NCBI GenBank assembly: GCA_964016885.1
Contig: OZ024744.1
Span: forward strand, 1,054,001-1,118,000
Source of the DNA: Eledone cirrhosa
Taxonomy: Eukaryota
Length of the DNA: 64,000 nt
Direction of reading: 5' to 3'
Shown: piece by piece, positions 36,201-50,000 of the stretch
Layout of the letters: the number at the start of each line of letters is the position of its first letter
Position numbering within the stretch: position 1 is the first letter of the stretch
The notes under the pieces: generated by a model
The model's database searches: none
What the model was told of the DNA's origin: nothing
The model's input: the letters and a program-made list of their open reading frames with translations, nothing else
Made by a program: the position numbers and the translations under genes

Positions 36201-37890
36201 AGAGAAAGATAGCTTGGTGAAGAACGAAGTTTTGGGGGAAGACAAGGTAGAGAAAGATAGCTTGGTGAAGAACGAAGTTTTGAGGGAAGACAAGGTAGAG
36301 AAAGATAGCTTGGTGAAGAACGAAGTTTTGGGGGAAGACAAGGTAGAGAAAGATAGCTTGGTGAAGAACGAAGTTTTGAGGGCAGACAAGGTAGAGAAAG
36401 ATAGTTGGTGAAGTACGAAGTTTTGGGGGAAGACAAGGTAGAGAAAGATAGCTTGGTGAAGAACGACGTTTTGTGGGACGACAAGGTAGAGAAACATAGT
36501 TGGTGAAGAACGAAGTTTTGAGGGAAGACAAGGTAGAGAAAGATAGCTTGATGAAGAACGAAGTTTTGAGGGAAGACAAGGTAGAGAAAGATAGCTTGGT
36601 GAACAACGAAGTTTTGAGGGAAGACAAGGTAGAGAAAGATAGCTTGATGAAGAACGAAGTTTTGAGGGAAGACAAGGTAGAGAAAGATAGCTTGATGAAG
36701 TACGAAGTTTTGAGGGAAGACAAGGTAGAGAAAGATAGCTTGATGAAGTACGAAGTTTTGGGGGAAGACAAGGTAGAGAAAGATAGCTTGGTGAAGAAAG
36801 AAGTTTTGAGGGAAGACAAGGTAGAGAAAGATAGCTTGATGAAGAACGACGTTTTGAGGGAAGACAAGGTAAAGAAAGATAGCTTGGTGAAAAACGAAGT
36901 TTTGAGGGAAGACAAAGTATAGAAAGATAGCTTGGTGAAGAACGAAGTTTTGGGGGAAGACAATGTAGAGAAAGATAGCTTGATGAAGAACGAAGTTTTG
37001 GGGGAAGACAAGGTAGAGAAAGATAGCTTGGTGAAGAACGAAGTTTTGAGGGAAGACAAGGTAGAGAAAGATAGCTTGGTGAAGAACGAAGTTTTGGGGG
37101 AAGACAAGGTAGAGAAAGATAGCTTGGTGAAGAACGAAGTTTTGAGGGAAGACAAGGTAGAGAAAGATAGCTTGGTGAAGAACGAAGTTTTGGGGGAAGA
37201 CAAGGTAGAGAAAGATAGCTTGGTGAAGAACGAAGTTTTGAGGGCAGACAAGGTAGAGAAAGATAGTTGGTGAAGAACGAAGTTTTGAGGGAAGACAAGG
37301 TAGAGAAAGATAGCTTGGTGAAGAACGATGGTTTGAGGGAAGACAAGGTAGAGAAAGATAGCTTGGTGAAGAACGAGGTTTTGGGGGAAGACAAGGTAGA
37401 GAAAGATAGCTTGATGAAGTACGAAGTTTTGGGGGAAGACAAGGTAGAGAAAGATAGCTTGGTGAAGAACGACGTTTTGTGGGAAGACAAGGTAGAGAAA
37501 CATAGTTGGTGAAGAACGAAGTTTTGAGGGAAGACAAGGTAGAGAAAGATAGCTTGATGAAGAACGAAGTTTTGAGGGAAGACAAGGTTGAGAAAGATAG
37601 CTTGATGAAGTACGAAGTTTTGGGGGTAGACAAGGTAGAGAAAGATAGCTTGGTGAAGAACGAAGTTTTGAGGGAAGACAAGGTAGAGAAAGATAGCTTG
37701 ATGAAGAACGAAGTTTTGAGGGAAGACAAGGTAGAGAAAGATAGCTTGGTGAAGAACGGAGTTTTGAGGGAAGACAAAGTATAGAAAAATAGCTTGGTGA
37801 AGAACGAAGTTTTGGGGGAAGACAAGGTACAGAAAGATAGCTTGGTGAAGAACGAAGTTTTGAGGGAAGACAAGGTAGAGAAAGATAGCT
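33245..37890 (+). repeat. Duplicated HOR of about 2.35-2.49 kb with private variants
   Basis: 33245>35590 = 2,345; 34107>36500 = 2,393; 35017>37506 = 2,489. Both copies carry TGGGACGAC, GTGAACAAC, GTAAAGAAA, AACGAGGTT and TATAGAAAAATAGC. Confidence 0.85.
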
Positions 37891-40800
37891 TGGTGAAGAA
37901 CGAAGTTTTGGGGGATGACAAAGTAGAGAAAGATAGCTTGGTGAAGAACGAAGTTTTGGGGGAAGACAAGGTAGAGAAAGATAGCTTGATGAAGTACGAA
38001 GTTTTGGGGGAAGACAAGGTAGAGAAAGATAGCTTGGTGAAGAACGACGTTTTGTGGGAAGACAAGGTAGAGAAACATAGTTGGTGAAGAACGAAATTTT
38101 GAGGGAAGACAAGGTAGAGAAAGATAGATTGGTGAAGAACGAAGTTTTGAGGGAAGACAAGGTAGAGAAAGATAGCTTGATGAAGAACGAAGTTTTGAGG
38201 GAAGACAAGGTTGAGAAAGATAGCTTGATGAAGTACGAAGTTTTGGGGGTAGACAAGGTAGAGAAAGATAGCTTGGTGAAGAACGAAGTTTTGAGGGAAG
38301 ACAAGGTAGAGAAAGATAGCTTGATGAAGAACGAAGTTTTGAGGGAAGACAAGGTAGAGAAAGATAGCTTGGTGAAGAACGGAGTTTTGAGGGAAGACAA
38401 AGTATAGAAAGATAGCTTGGTGAAGAACGAAGTTTTGGGGGAAGACAATGTAGAGAAAGATAGCTTGAAGAAGAACGAAGTTTTGGGGGAAGACAAGGTA
38501 GAGAAAGATAGCTTGGTGAAGAACGAAGTTTTGAGGGAAGACAAGGTAGAGAAAGATAGCTTGGTGAAGAACGAAGTTATGAGGGAAGACAAGGTAGAGA
38601 AAGATAGCTTGGTGAAGAACGAAGTTTTGGGGGAAGACAAGGTAGAGAAAGATAGCTTGGTGAAGAACGAAGTTTTGAGGGAAGACAAGGTAGAGAAAGA
38701 TAGCTTGGTGAAGAACGAAGTTTTGGGGGATGACAAAGTAGAGAAAGATAGCTTGGTGAAGAACGAAGTTTTGGGGGAAGACAAGGTAGAGAAAGATAGC
38801 TTGATGAAGAACGAAGTTTTGGGGGAAGACAAGTTAGAGAAAGATAGCTTGGTGAAGAACGAAGTTTTGAGGGAAGACAAGGTAGAGAAAGATAGCTTGC
38901 TGAAGAACGAAGTTTTGGGGGAAGACAAGGTAGAGAAAGATAGCTTGGTCAAGGACGAAGTTTTGAGGGAAGACAAGGTAGAGAAAGTTAGCTTGGTGAA
39001 GAACGAAGTTATGAGGGAAGACAAGGTAGAGAAAGATAGTTGGTGAAGAACGAAGTTTTGAGGAAAGACAATGTAGAGAAAGATAGCTTGGTGAAGAACG
39101 ACGTTTTGAGGGAAGACAAGGTAGAGAAAGATAGCTTGGTGAAGAACGAAGTTTTGGGGGAAGACAAGGTAGAGAAATATAGCTTGATGAAGTACGAAGT
39201 TTTGGGGGAAGACAAGGTAGAGAAAGATAGCTTGGTGAAGAACGACGTTTTGTGGGAAGACAAGGTAGAGAAACATAGTTGGTGAAGAACGAAGTTTTGA
39301 GGGAAGACAAGGTAGAGAAAGATAGCTTGATGAAGAACGAAGTTTTGAGGGAAGACAAGGTAGAGAAAGATAGCTTGGTGAAGAACGAAGTTTTGAGGGA
39401 AGACAAGGTAGAGAAAGATAGCTTGATGAAGAACGAAGTTTTGAGGGAAGACAAGGTAGAGAAAGATAGCTTGATGAAGTACGAAGTTTTGAGGGAAGGC
39501 AAGGTAGAGAAAGATAGCTTGATGAAGTACGAAGTTTTGGGGGAAGACAAGGTAGAGAAAGATAGCTTGGTGAAGAAAGAAGTTTTGAGGGAAGACAAGG
39601 TAGAGAAAGATAGCTTGATGAAGAACGAAGTTTTGAGGGAAGACAAGGTAGAGAAAGATAGCTTGGTGAAGAACGAAGTTTTGAGGGAAGACAAAGTATA
39701 GAAAGATAGCTTGGTGAAGAACGAAGTTTTGGGGGAAGACAATGTAGAGAAAGATAGCTTGATGAAGAACGAAGTTTTGGGGGAAGACAAGGTAGAGAAA
39801 GATAGCTTGGTGAAGAACGAAGTTTTGAGGGAAGACAAGGTAGAGAAAGATAGCTTGGTGAAGAACGAAGTTTTGGGGGAAGACAAGGTAGAGAAAGATA
39901 GCTTGGTGAAGAACGAAGTTTTGAGGGAAGACAAGGTAGAGAAAGATAGCTTGGTGAAGAACGAAGTTTTGGGGGAAGACAAGGTAGAGAAAGATAGCTT
40001 GGTGAAGAACGAAGTTTTGAGGGAAGACAAGGTAGAGAAAGATAGTTGGTGAAGAACGAAGTTTTGAGGGAAGACAAGGTAGAGAAAGATAGCTTGGTGA
40101 AGAACGACGGTTTGAGGGAAGACAAGGTAGAGAAAGATAGCTTGGTGAAGAACGAAGTTTTGGGGGAAGACAAGGTAGAGAAAGATAGCTTGATGAAGTA
40201 CGAAGTTTTGGGGGAAGACAAGGTAGAGAAAGATAGCTTGGTGAAGAACGACGTTTTGTGGGAAGACAAGGTAGAGAAACATAGTTGGTGAAGAACGAAA
40301 TTTTGAGGGAAGACAAGGTAGAGAAAGATAGATTGGTGAAGAACGAAGTTTTGAGGGAAGACAAGGTAGAGAAAGATAGCTTGATGAAGAACGATGTTTT
40401 GAGGGAAGACAAGGTTGAGAAAGATAGCTTGATGAAGTTCGAAGTTTTGGGGGTAGACAAGGTAGAGAAAGATAGCTTGGTGAAGAACGAAGTTTTGAGG
40501 GAAGACAAGGTAGAGAAAGATAGCTTGATGAAGAACGAAGTTTTGAGGGAAGACAAGGTAGAGAAAGATAGCTTGGTGAAGAACGGAGTTTTGAGGGAAG
40601 ACAAAGTATAGAAAGATAGCTTGGTGAAGAACGAAGTTTTGGGGGAAGACAATGTAGAGAAAGATAGCTTGAAGAAGAACGAAGTTTTGGGGGAAGACAA
40701 GGTAGAGAAGGATAGCTTGGTGAAGAACGAAGTTTTGAGGGAAGACAAGGTAGAGAAAGATAGCTTGGTGAAGAACGAAGTTATGAGGGAAGACAAGGTA

Positions 40801-43800
40801 GAGAAAGATAGCTTGGTGAAGAACGAAGTTTTGGGGGAAGACAAGGTAGAGAAAGATAGCTTGGTGAAGAACGAAGTTTTGTGGGAAGACAAGGTAGAGA
40901 AAGATAGCTTGGTGAAGAACGAAGTTTTGGGGGATGACAAAGTAGAGAAAGATAGCTTGGTGAAGAACGAAGTTTTGGGGGAAGACAAGGTAGAGAAAGA
41001 TAGCTTGGTGAAGAACGAAGTTTTGGGGGAAGACAAGGTAGAGAAAGATAGCTTGGTGAAGAACGAAGTTTTGAGGGAAGACAAGGTAGAGAAAGATAGC
41101 TTGGTGAAGAACGAAGTTATGAGGGAAGACAAGGTAGAGAAAGATAGTTGGTGAAGGACGAAGTTTTGAGGAAAGACAATGTAGAGAAAGATAGCTTGGT
41201 GAAGAACGACGTTTTGAGGGAAGACAAGGTAGAGAAAGATAGCTTGGTGAAGAACGAAGTTTTGGGGGAAGACAAGGTAGAGAAATATAGCTTGATGAAG
41301 TACGAAGATTTGGGGGAAGACAAGGTAGAGAAAGATAGCTTGGTGAAGAACGACGTTTTGTGGGAAGACAAGGTAGAGAAACATAGTTGGTGAAGAACGA
41401 AGTTTTGAGGGAAGACAAGGTAGAGAAAGATAGCTTGATGAAGAACGAAGTTTTGAGGGAAGACAAGGTAGAGAAAGATAGCTTGGTGAAGAACGAAGTT
41501 TTGAGGGAAGAGAAGGTAGAGAAAGATAGCTTGATGAAGAACGAAGTTTTGGGGGAAGACAAGGTAGAGAAAGATAGCTTGGTGAAGAAAGAAGTTTTGA
41601 GGGAAGACAAGGTAGAGAAAGATAGCTTGATGAAGAACGAAGTTTTGAGGGAAGACAAGGTAGAGAAAGATAGCTTGGTGAAGAACGAAGTTTTGAGGGA
41701 AGACAAAGTATAGAAAGATAGCTTGGTGAAGAACGAAGTTTTGGGGGAAGACAATGTAGAGAAAGATAGCTTGATGAAGAACGAAGTTTTGGGGGAAGAC
41801 AAGGTAGAGAAAGATAGCTTGGTGAAGAACGAAGTTTTGAGGGAAGACAAGGTAGAGAAAGATAGCTTGGTGAAGAACGAAGTTTTGAGGGAAGACAAGG
41901 TAGAGAAAGATAGCTTGGTGAAGAACGAAGTTTTGGGGGAAGACAAGGTAGAGAAAGATAGCTTGGTGAAGAACGAAGATTTGAGGGAAGACAAGGTAGA
42001 GAAAGATAGTTGGTGAAGAACGAAGTTTTGAGGGAAGACAAGGTAGAGAAAGATAGCTTGGTGAAGAACGACGGTTTGAGGGAAGACAAGGTAGAGAAAG
42101 ATAGCTTGGTGAAGAACGAAGTTTTGGGGGAAGACAAGGTAGAGAAAGATAGCTTGATGAAGTACGAAGTTTTGGGGGAAGACAAGGTAGAGAAAGATAG
42201 CTTGGTGAAGAACGACGTTTTGTGGGAAGACAAGGTAGAGAAACATAGTTGGTGAAGAACGAAATTTTGAGGGAAGACAAGGTAGAGAAAGATAGATTGG
42301 TGAAGAACGAAGTTTTGAGGGAAGACAAGGTAGAGAAAGATAGCTTGATGAAGAACGATGTTTTGAGGGAAGACAAGGTTGAGAAAGATAGCTTGATGAA
42401 GTTCGAAGTTTTGGGGGTAGACAAGGTAGAGAAAGATAGCTTGGTGAAGAACGAAGTTTTGAGGGAAGACAAGGTAGAGAAAGATAGCTTGATGAAGAAC
42501 GAAGTTTTGAGGGAAGACAAGGTAGAGAAAGATAGCTTGGTGAAGAACGGAGTTTTGAGGGAAGACAAAGTATAGAAAGATAGCTTGGTGAAGAACGAAG
42601 TTTTGGGGGAAGACAATGTAGAGAAAGATAGCTTGAAGAAGAACGAAGTTTTGGGGGAAGACAAGGTAGAGAAAGATAGCTTGGTGAAGAACGAAGTTTT
42701 GAGGGAAGACAAGGTAGAGAAAGATAGCTTGGTGAAGAACGAAGTTATGAGGGAAGACAAGGTAGAGAAAGATAGCTTGGTGAAGAACGAAGTTTTGGGG
42801 GAAGACAAGGTAGAGAAAGATAGCTTGGTGAAGAACGAAGTTTTGTGGGAAGACAAGGTAGAGAAAGATAGCTTGGTGAAGAACGAAGTTTTGGGGGAAG
42901 ACAAGGTAGAGAAATATAGCTTGATGAAGTACGAAGATTTGGGGGAAGACAAGGTAGAGAAAGATAGCTTGGTGAAGAACGACGTTTTGTGGGAAGACAA
43001 GGTAGAGAAACATAGTTGGTGAAGAACGAAGTTTTGAGGGAAGACAAGGTAGAGAAAGATAGCTTGATGAAGAACGAAGTTTTGAGGGAAGACAAGGTAG
43101 AGAAAGATAGCTTGGTGAAGAACGAAGTTTTGAGGGAAGACAAGGTAGAGAAAGATAGCTTGATGAAGAACGAAGTTTTGAGGGAAGACAAGGTAGAGAA
43201 AGATAGCTTGATGAAGTCCGAAGTTTTGAGGGAAGACAAGGTAGAGAAAGATAGCTTGATGAAGTACGAAGTTTTGGGGGAAGACAAGGTAGAGAAAGAT
43301 AGCTTGGTGAAGAAAGAAGTTTTGAGGGAAGACAAGGTAGAGAAAGATAGCTTGATGAAGAACGAAGTTTTGAGGGAAGACAAGGTAGAGAAAGATAGCT
43401 TGGTGAAGAACGAAGTTTTGAGGGAAGACAAAGTATAGAAAGATAGCTTGGTGAAGAACGAAGTTTTGGGGGAAGACAATGTAGAGAAAGATAGCTTGAT
43501 GAAGAACGAAGTTTTGGGGGAAGACAAGGTAGAGAAAGATAGCTTGGTGAAGAACGAAGTTTTGAGGGAAGACAAGGTAGAGAAAGATAGCTTGGTGAAG
43601 AACGAAGTTTTGGGGGAAGTCAAGGTAGAGAAAGATAGCTTGGTGAAGAACGACGGTTTGAGGGAAGACAAGGTAGAGAAAGATAGCTTGGTGAAGAACG
43701 AAGTTTTGGGGGAAGACAAGGTAGAGAAAGATAGCTTGATGAAGTACGAAGTTTTGGGGGAAGACAAGGTAGAGAAAGATAGCTTGGTGAAGAACGACGT

Positions 43801-46800
43801 TTTGTGGGAAGACAAGGTAGAGAAACATAGTTGGTGAAGAACGAAGTTTTGAGGGAAGACAAGGTAGAGAAAGATAGATTGGTGAAGAACGAAGTTTTGA
43901 GGGAAGACAAGGTAGAGAAAGATGGCTTGATGAAGAACGAAGTTTTGAGGGAAGACAAGGTTGAGAAAGATAGCTTGATGAAGTTCGAAGTTTTGGGGGT
44001 AGACAAGGTAGAGAAAGATAGCTTGGTGAAGAACGAAGTTTTGAGGGAAGACAAGGTAGAGAAAGATAGCTTGATGAAGAACGAAGTTTTGAGGGAAGAC
44101 AAGGTAGAGAAAGATAGCTTGGTGAAGAACGGAGTTTTGAGGGAAGACAAAGTATAGAAAGATAGCTTGGTGAAGAACGAAGTTTTGGGGGAAGACAATG
44201 TAGAGAAAGATAGCTTGAAGAAGAACGAAGTTTTGGGGGAAGACAAGGTAGAGAAAGATAGCTTGGTGAAGACCGAAGTTTTGAGGGAAGACAAGGTAGA
44301 GAAAGATAGCTTGGTGAAGAACGAAGTTATGAGGGAAGACAAGGTAGAGAAAGATAGCTTGGTGAAGAACGAAGTTTTGGGGGAAGACAAGGTAGAGAAA
44401 GATAGCTTGGTGAAGAACGAAGTTTTGAGGGAAGACAAGGTAGAGAAAGATAGCTTGATGAAGAACGAAGTTTTGAGGGAAGACAAGGTAGAGAAAGATA
44501 GCTTGGTGAAGAACGAAGTTTTGAGGGAAGACAAAGTATAGAAAGATAGCTTGGTGACGAACGAAGTTTTGGGGGAAGACAATGTAGAGAAAGATAGCTT
44601 GATGAAGAACGAAGTTTTGGGGGTAGACAAGGTAGAGAAAGATAGCTTGGTGAAGAACGAAGTTTTGAGGGAAGACAAGGTAGAGAAAGATAGCTTGGTG
44701 AAGAACGAAGTTTTGGGGGAAGACAAGGTAGAGAAAGATAGCTAGGTGAAGAACGAAGTTTTGAGGGAAGACAAGGTAGAGAAAGATAGCTTGGTGAAGA
44801 ACGAAGTTTTGGGGGAAGACAAGGTAGAGAAAGATAGCTTGGTGAAGAACGAAGTTTTGAGGGAAGACAAGGTAGAGAAAGATAGTTGGTGAAGAACGAA
44901 GTTTTGAGGGAAGACAAGGTAGAGAAAGATAGCTTGGTGAAGAACGACGGTTTGAGGGAAGACAAGGTAGAGAAAGATAGCTTGGTGAAGAACGAAGTTT
45001 TGGGGGAAGACAAGGTAGAGAAAGATAGCTTGATGAAGTACGAAGTTTTGGGGGAAGACAAGGTAGAGAAAGATAGCTTGGTGAAGAACGACGTTTTGTG
45101 GGAAGACAAGGTAGAGAAACATAGTTGGTGAAGAACGAAATTTTGAGGGAAGACAAGGTAGAGAAAGATAGATTGGTGAAGAACGAAGTTTTGAGGGAAG
45201 ACAAGGTAGAGAAAGATAGCTTGATGAAGAACGAAGTTTTGAGGGAAGACAAGGTTGAGAAAGATAGCTTGATGAAGTTCGAAGTTTTGGGGGTAGACAA
45301 GGTAGAGAAAGATAGCTTGGTGAAGAACGAAGTTTTGAGGGAAGACAAGGTAGAGAAAGATAGCTTGATGAAGAACGAAGTTTTGAGGGAAGACAAGGTA
45401 GAGAAAGATAGCTTGGTGAAGAACGGAGTTTTGAGGGAAGACAAAGTATAGAAAGATAGCTTGGTGAAGAACGAAGTTTTGGGGGAAGACAATGTAGAGA
45501 AAGATAGCTTGAAGAAGAACGAAGTTTTGGGGGAAGACAAGGTAGAGAAAGATAGCTCGGTGAAGAACGAAGTTTTGAGGGAAGACAAGGTAGAGAAAGA
45601 TAGCTTGGTGAAGAACGAAGTTATGAGGGAAGACAAGGTAGAGAAAGATAGCTTGGTGAAGAACGAAGTTTTGGGGGAAGACAAGGTAGAGAAAGATAGC
45701 TTGGTGAAGAACGGAGTTTTGAGGGAAGACAAGGTAGAGAAAGATAGCTTGGTGAAGAACGAAGTTTTGGGGGATGACAAAGTAGAGAAAGATAGCTTGG
45801 TGAAGAACGAAGTTTTGGGGGAAGACAAGGTAGAGAAAGATAGCTTGGTGAAGAACGAAGTTTTGGGGGAAGACAAGGTAGAGAAAGATAGCTTGGTGAA
45901 GAACGAAGTTTTGAGGGAAGACAAGGTAGAGAAAGATAGCTTGGTGAAGAACGAAGTTATGAGGGAAGACAAGGTAGAGAAAGATAGTTGGTGAAGGACG
46001 AAGTTTTGAGGAAAGACAATGTAGAGAAAGATAGCTTGGTGAAGAACGACGTTTTGAGGGAAGACAAGGTAGAGAAAGATAGCTTGGTTAAGAACGAAGT
46101 TTTGGGGGAAGACAAGGTAGAGAAATATAGCTTGATGAAGTACGAAGTTTTGGGGGAAGACAAGGTAGAGAAAGATAGCTTGGTGAAGAACGACGTTTTG
46201 TGGGAAGACAAGGTAGAGAAACATAGTTGGTGAAGAGCGAAGTTTTGAGGGAAGAAAAGGTAGAGAAAGATAGCTTGATGAAGAACGAAGTTTTGAGGGA
46301 AGACAAGGTAGAGAAAGATAGCTTGGTGAAGAACGAAGTTTTGAGGGAAGACAAGGTAGAGAAAGATAGCTTGATGAAGAACGAAGTTTTGAGGGAAGAC
46401 AAGGTAGAGAAAGATAGCTTGATGAAGTACGAAGTTTTGGGGGAAGACAAGGTAGAGAAAGATAGCTTGATGAAGTACGAAGTTTTGGGGGAAGACAAGG
46501 TAGAGAAAGATAGCTTGGTGAAGAAAGAAGTTTTGAGGGAAGACAAGGTAGAGAAAGATAGCTTGATGAAGAACGAAGTTTTGAGGGAAGACAAGGTAGA
46601 GAAAGATAGCTTGGTGAAGAACGAAGTTTTGAGGGAAGACAAAGTATAGAAAGATAGCTTGGTGAAGAACGAAGTTTTGGGGGAAGACAATGTAGAGAAA
46701 GATAGCTTGATGAAGAACGAAGTTTTGGGGGAAGACAAGGTAGAGAAAGATAGCTTGGTGAAGAACGAAGTTTTGAGGGAAGACAAGGTAGAGAAAGATA

Positions 46801-47041
46801 GCTTGGTGAAGAACGAAGTTTTGGGGGAAGTCAAGGTAGAGAAAGATAGCTTGGTGAAGAACGACGGTTTGAGGGAAGACAAGGTAGAGAAAGATAGCTT
46901 GGTGAAGAACGAAGTTTTGGGGGAAGACAAGGTAGAGAAAGATAGCTTGATGAAGTACGAAGTTTTGGGGGAAGACAAGGTAGAGAAAGATAGCTTGGTG
47001 AAGAACGACGTTTTGTGGGAAGACAAGGTAGAGAAACATAG

Positions 47042-50000
47042 TTGGTGAAGAACGAAGTTTTGAGGGAAGACAAGGTAGAGAAAGATAGATTGGTGAAGAA
47101 CGAAGTTTTGAGGGAAGACAAGGTAGAGAAATATAGCTTGATGAAGAACGAAGTTTTGAGGGAAGACAAGGTTGAGAAAGATAGCTTGATGAAGTTCGAA
47201 GTTTTGGGGGTAGACAAGGTAGAGAAAGATAGCTTGGTGAAGAACGAAGTTTTGAGGGAAGACAAGGTAGAGAAAGATAGCTTGATGAAGAACGAAGTTT
47301 TGAGGGAAGACAAGGTAGAGAAAGATAGCTTGCTGAAGAACGGAGTTTTGAGGGAAGACAAAGTATAGAAAGATAGCTTGGTGAAGAACGAAGTTTTGGG
47401 GGAAGACAATGTAGAGAAAGATAGCTTGAAGAAGAACGAAGTTTTGGGGGAAGACAAGGTAGAGAAAGATAGCTTGGTGAAGAACGAAGTTTTGAGGGAA
47501 GACAAGGTAGAGAAAGATAGCTTGGTGAAGAACGAAGTTATGAGGGAAGACAAGGTAGAGAAAGATAGCTTGGTGAAGAACGAAGTTTTGGGGGAAGACA
47601 AGGTAGAGAAAGATAGCTTGGTGAAGAACGAAGTTTTGAGGGAAGACAAGGTAGAGAAAGATAGCTTGGTGAAGAACGAAGTTTTGGGGGATGACAAAGT
47701 AGAGAAAGATAGCTTAGTGAAGAACGCAGTTTTGGGGGAAGACAAGGTAGAGAAAGATAGCTTGATGAAGAACGAAGTTTTGGGGGAAGACAAGGTAGAG
47801 AAAGATAGCTTGGTGAAGAACGAAGTTTTGAGGGAAGACAAGGTAGAGAAAGATAGCTTGGTGAAGAACGAAGTTTTGGGGGAAGACAAGGTAGAGAAAG
47901 ATAGCTTGGTGAAGAACGAAGTTTTGAGGGAAGACAAGGTAGAGAAAGATAGCTTGGTGAAGAACGAAGTTATGAGGGAAGACAAGGTAGAGAAAGATAG
48001 TTGGTGAAGAACGAAGTTTTGAGGAAAGACAATGTAGAGAAAGATAGCTTGGTGAAGAACGACGTTTTGAGGGAAGACAAGGTAGAGAAAGATAGCTTGG
48101 TGAAGAACGAAGTTTTGGGGGAAGACAAGGTAGAGAAAGATAGCTTGATGAAGAACGAAGTTTTAAGGGAAGACAAGGTAGAGAAAGATAGCTTGATGAA
48201 GAACGAAGTTTTGAGGGAAGACAAGGTAGAGAAAGATAGCTTGATGAAGTACGAAGTTTTGAGGGAAGACAAGGTAGAGAAAGATAGCTTGATGAAGTAC
48301 GAAGTTTTGGGGGAAGACAAGGTAGAGAAAGATAGCTTGGTGAAGAAAGAAGTTTTGAGGGAAGACAAGGTAGAGAAAGATAGCTTGATGAAGAACGAAG
48401 TTTTGATGGAAGACAAGGTAGAGAAAGATAGCTTGGTGAAGAACGAAGTTTTGAGGGAAGACAAAGTATAGAAAGATAGCTTGGTGAAGAACGAAGTTTT
48501 GGGGGAAGACAATGTAGAGAAAGATAGCTTGATGAAGAACGAAGTTTTGGGGGAAGACAAGGTAGAGAAAGATAGCTTGGTGAAGAACGAAGTTTTGAGG
48601 GAAGACAAGGTAGAGAAAGATAGCTTGGTGAAGAACGAAGTTTTGGGGGAAGACAAGGTAGAGAAAGATAGCTTGGTGAAGAACGAAGTTTTGAGGGAAG
48701 ACAAGGTAGAGAAAGATAGCTTGGTGAAGAACGAAGTTTTGGGGGAAGACAAGGTAGAGAAAGATAGCTTGGTGAAGAACGAAGTTTTGAGGGAAGACAA
48801 GGTAGAGAAAGATAGTTGGTGAAGAACGAAGTTTTGAGGGAAGACAAGGTAGAGAAAGATAGCTTGGTGAAGAACGACGGTTTGAGGGAAGACAAGGTAG
48901 AGAAAGATAGCTTGGTGAAGAACGAAGTTTTGGGGGAAGACAAGGTAGAGAAAGATAGCTTGATGAAGTACGAAGTTTTGGGGGAAGACAAGGTAGAGAA
49001 AGATAGCTTGGTGAAGAACGACGTTTTGTGGGAAGACAAGGTAGAGAAACATAGTTGGTGAAGAACGAAATTTTGAGGGAAGACAAGGTAGAGAAAGATA
49101 GATTGGTGAAGAACGAAGTTTTGAGGGAAGACAAGGTAGAGAAAGATAGCTTGATGAAGAACGAAGTTTTGAGGGAAGACAAGGTTGAGAAAGATAGCTT
49201 GATGAAGTTCGAAGTTTTGGGGGTAGACAAGGTAGAGAAAGATAGCTTGGTGAAGAACGAAGTTTTGAGGGAAGACAAGGTAGAGAAAGATAGCTTGATG
49301 AAGAACGAAGTTTTGAGGGAAGACAAGGTAGAGAAAGATAGCTTGGTGAAGAACGAAGTTTTGAGGGAAGACAAAGTATAGAAAGATAGCTTGGTGAAGA
49401 ACGAAGTTTTGGGGGAAGACAATGTAGAGAAAGATAGCTTGAAGAAGAACGAAGTTTTGGGGGAAGACAAGGTAGAGAAAGATAGCTTGGTGAAGAACGA
49501 AGTTTTGAGGGAAGACAAGGTAGAGAAAGATAGCTTGGTGAAGAACGAAGTTATGAGGGAAGACAAGGTAGAGAAAGATAGCTTGATGAAGTACGAAGTT
49601 TTGGGGGAAGACAAGGTAGAGAAAGATAGCTTGGTGAAGAACGACGTTTTGTGGGAAGACAAGGTAGAGAAACATAGTTGGTGAAGAACGAAGTTTTGAG
49701 GGAAGACAAGGTAGAGAAAGATAGATTGGTGAAGAACGAAGTTTTGAGGGAAGACAAGGTAGAGAAATATAGCTTGATGAAGAACGAAGTTTTGAGGGAA
49801 GACAAGGTTGAGAAAGATAGCTTGATGAAGTTCGAAGTTTTGGGGGTAGACAAGGTAGAGAAAGATAGCTTGGTGAAGAACGAAGTTTTGAGGGAAGACA
49901 AGGTAGAGAAAGATAGCTTGATGAAGAACGATGTTTTGAGGGAAGACAAGGTAGAGAAAGATAGCTTGGTGAAGAACGGAGTTTTGAGGGAAGACAAAGT

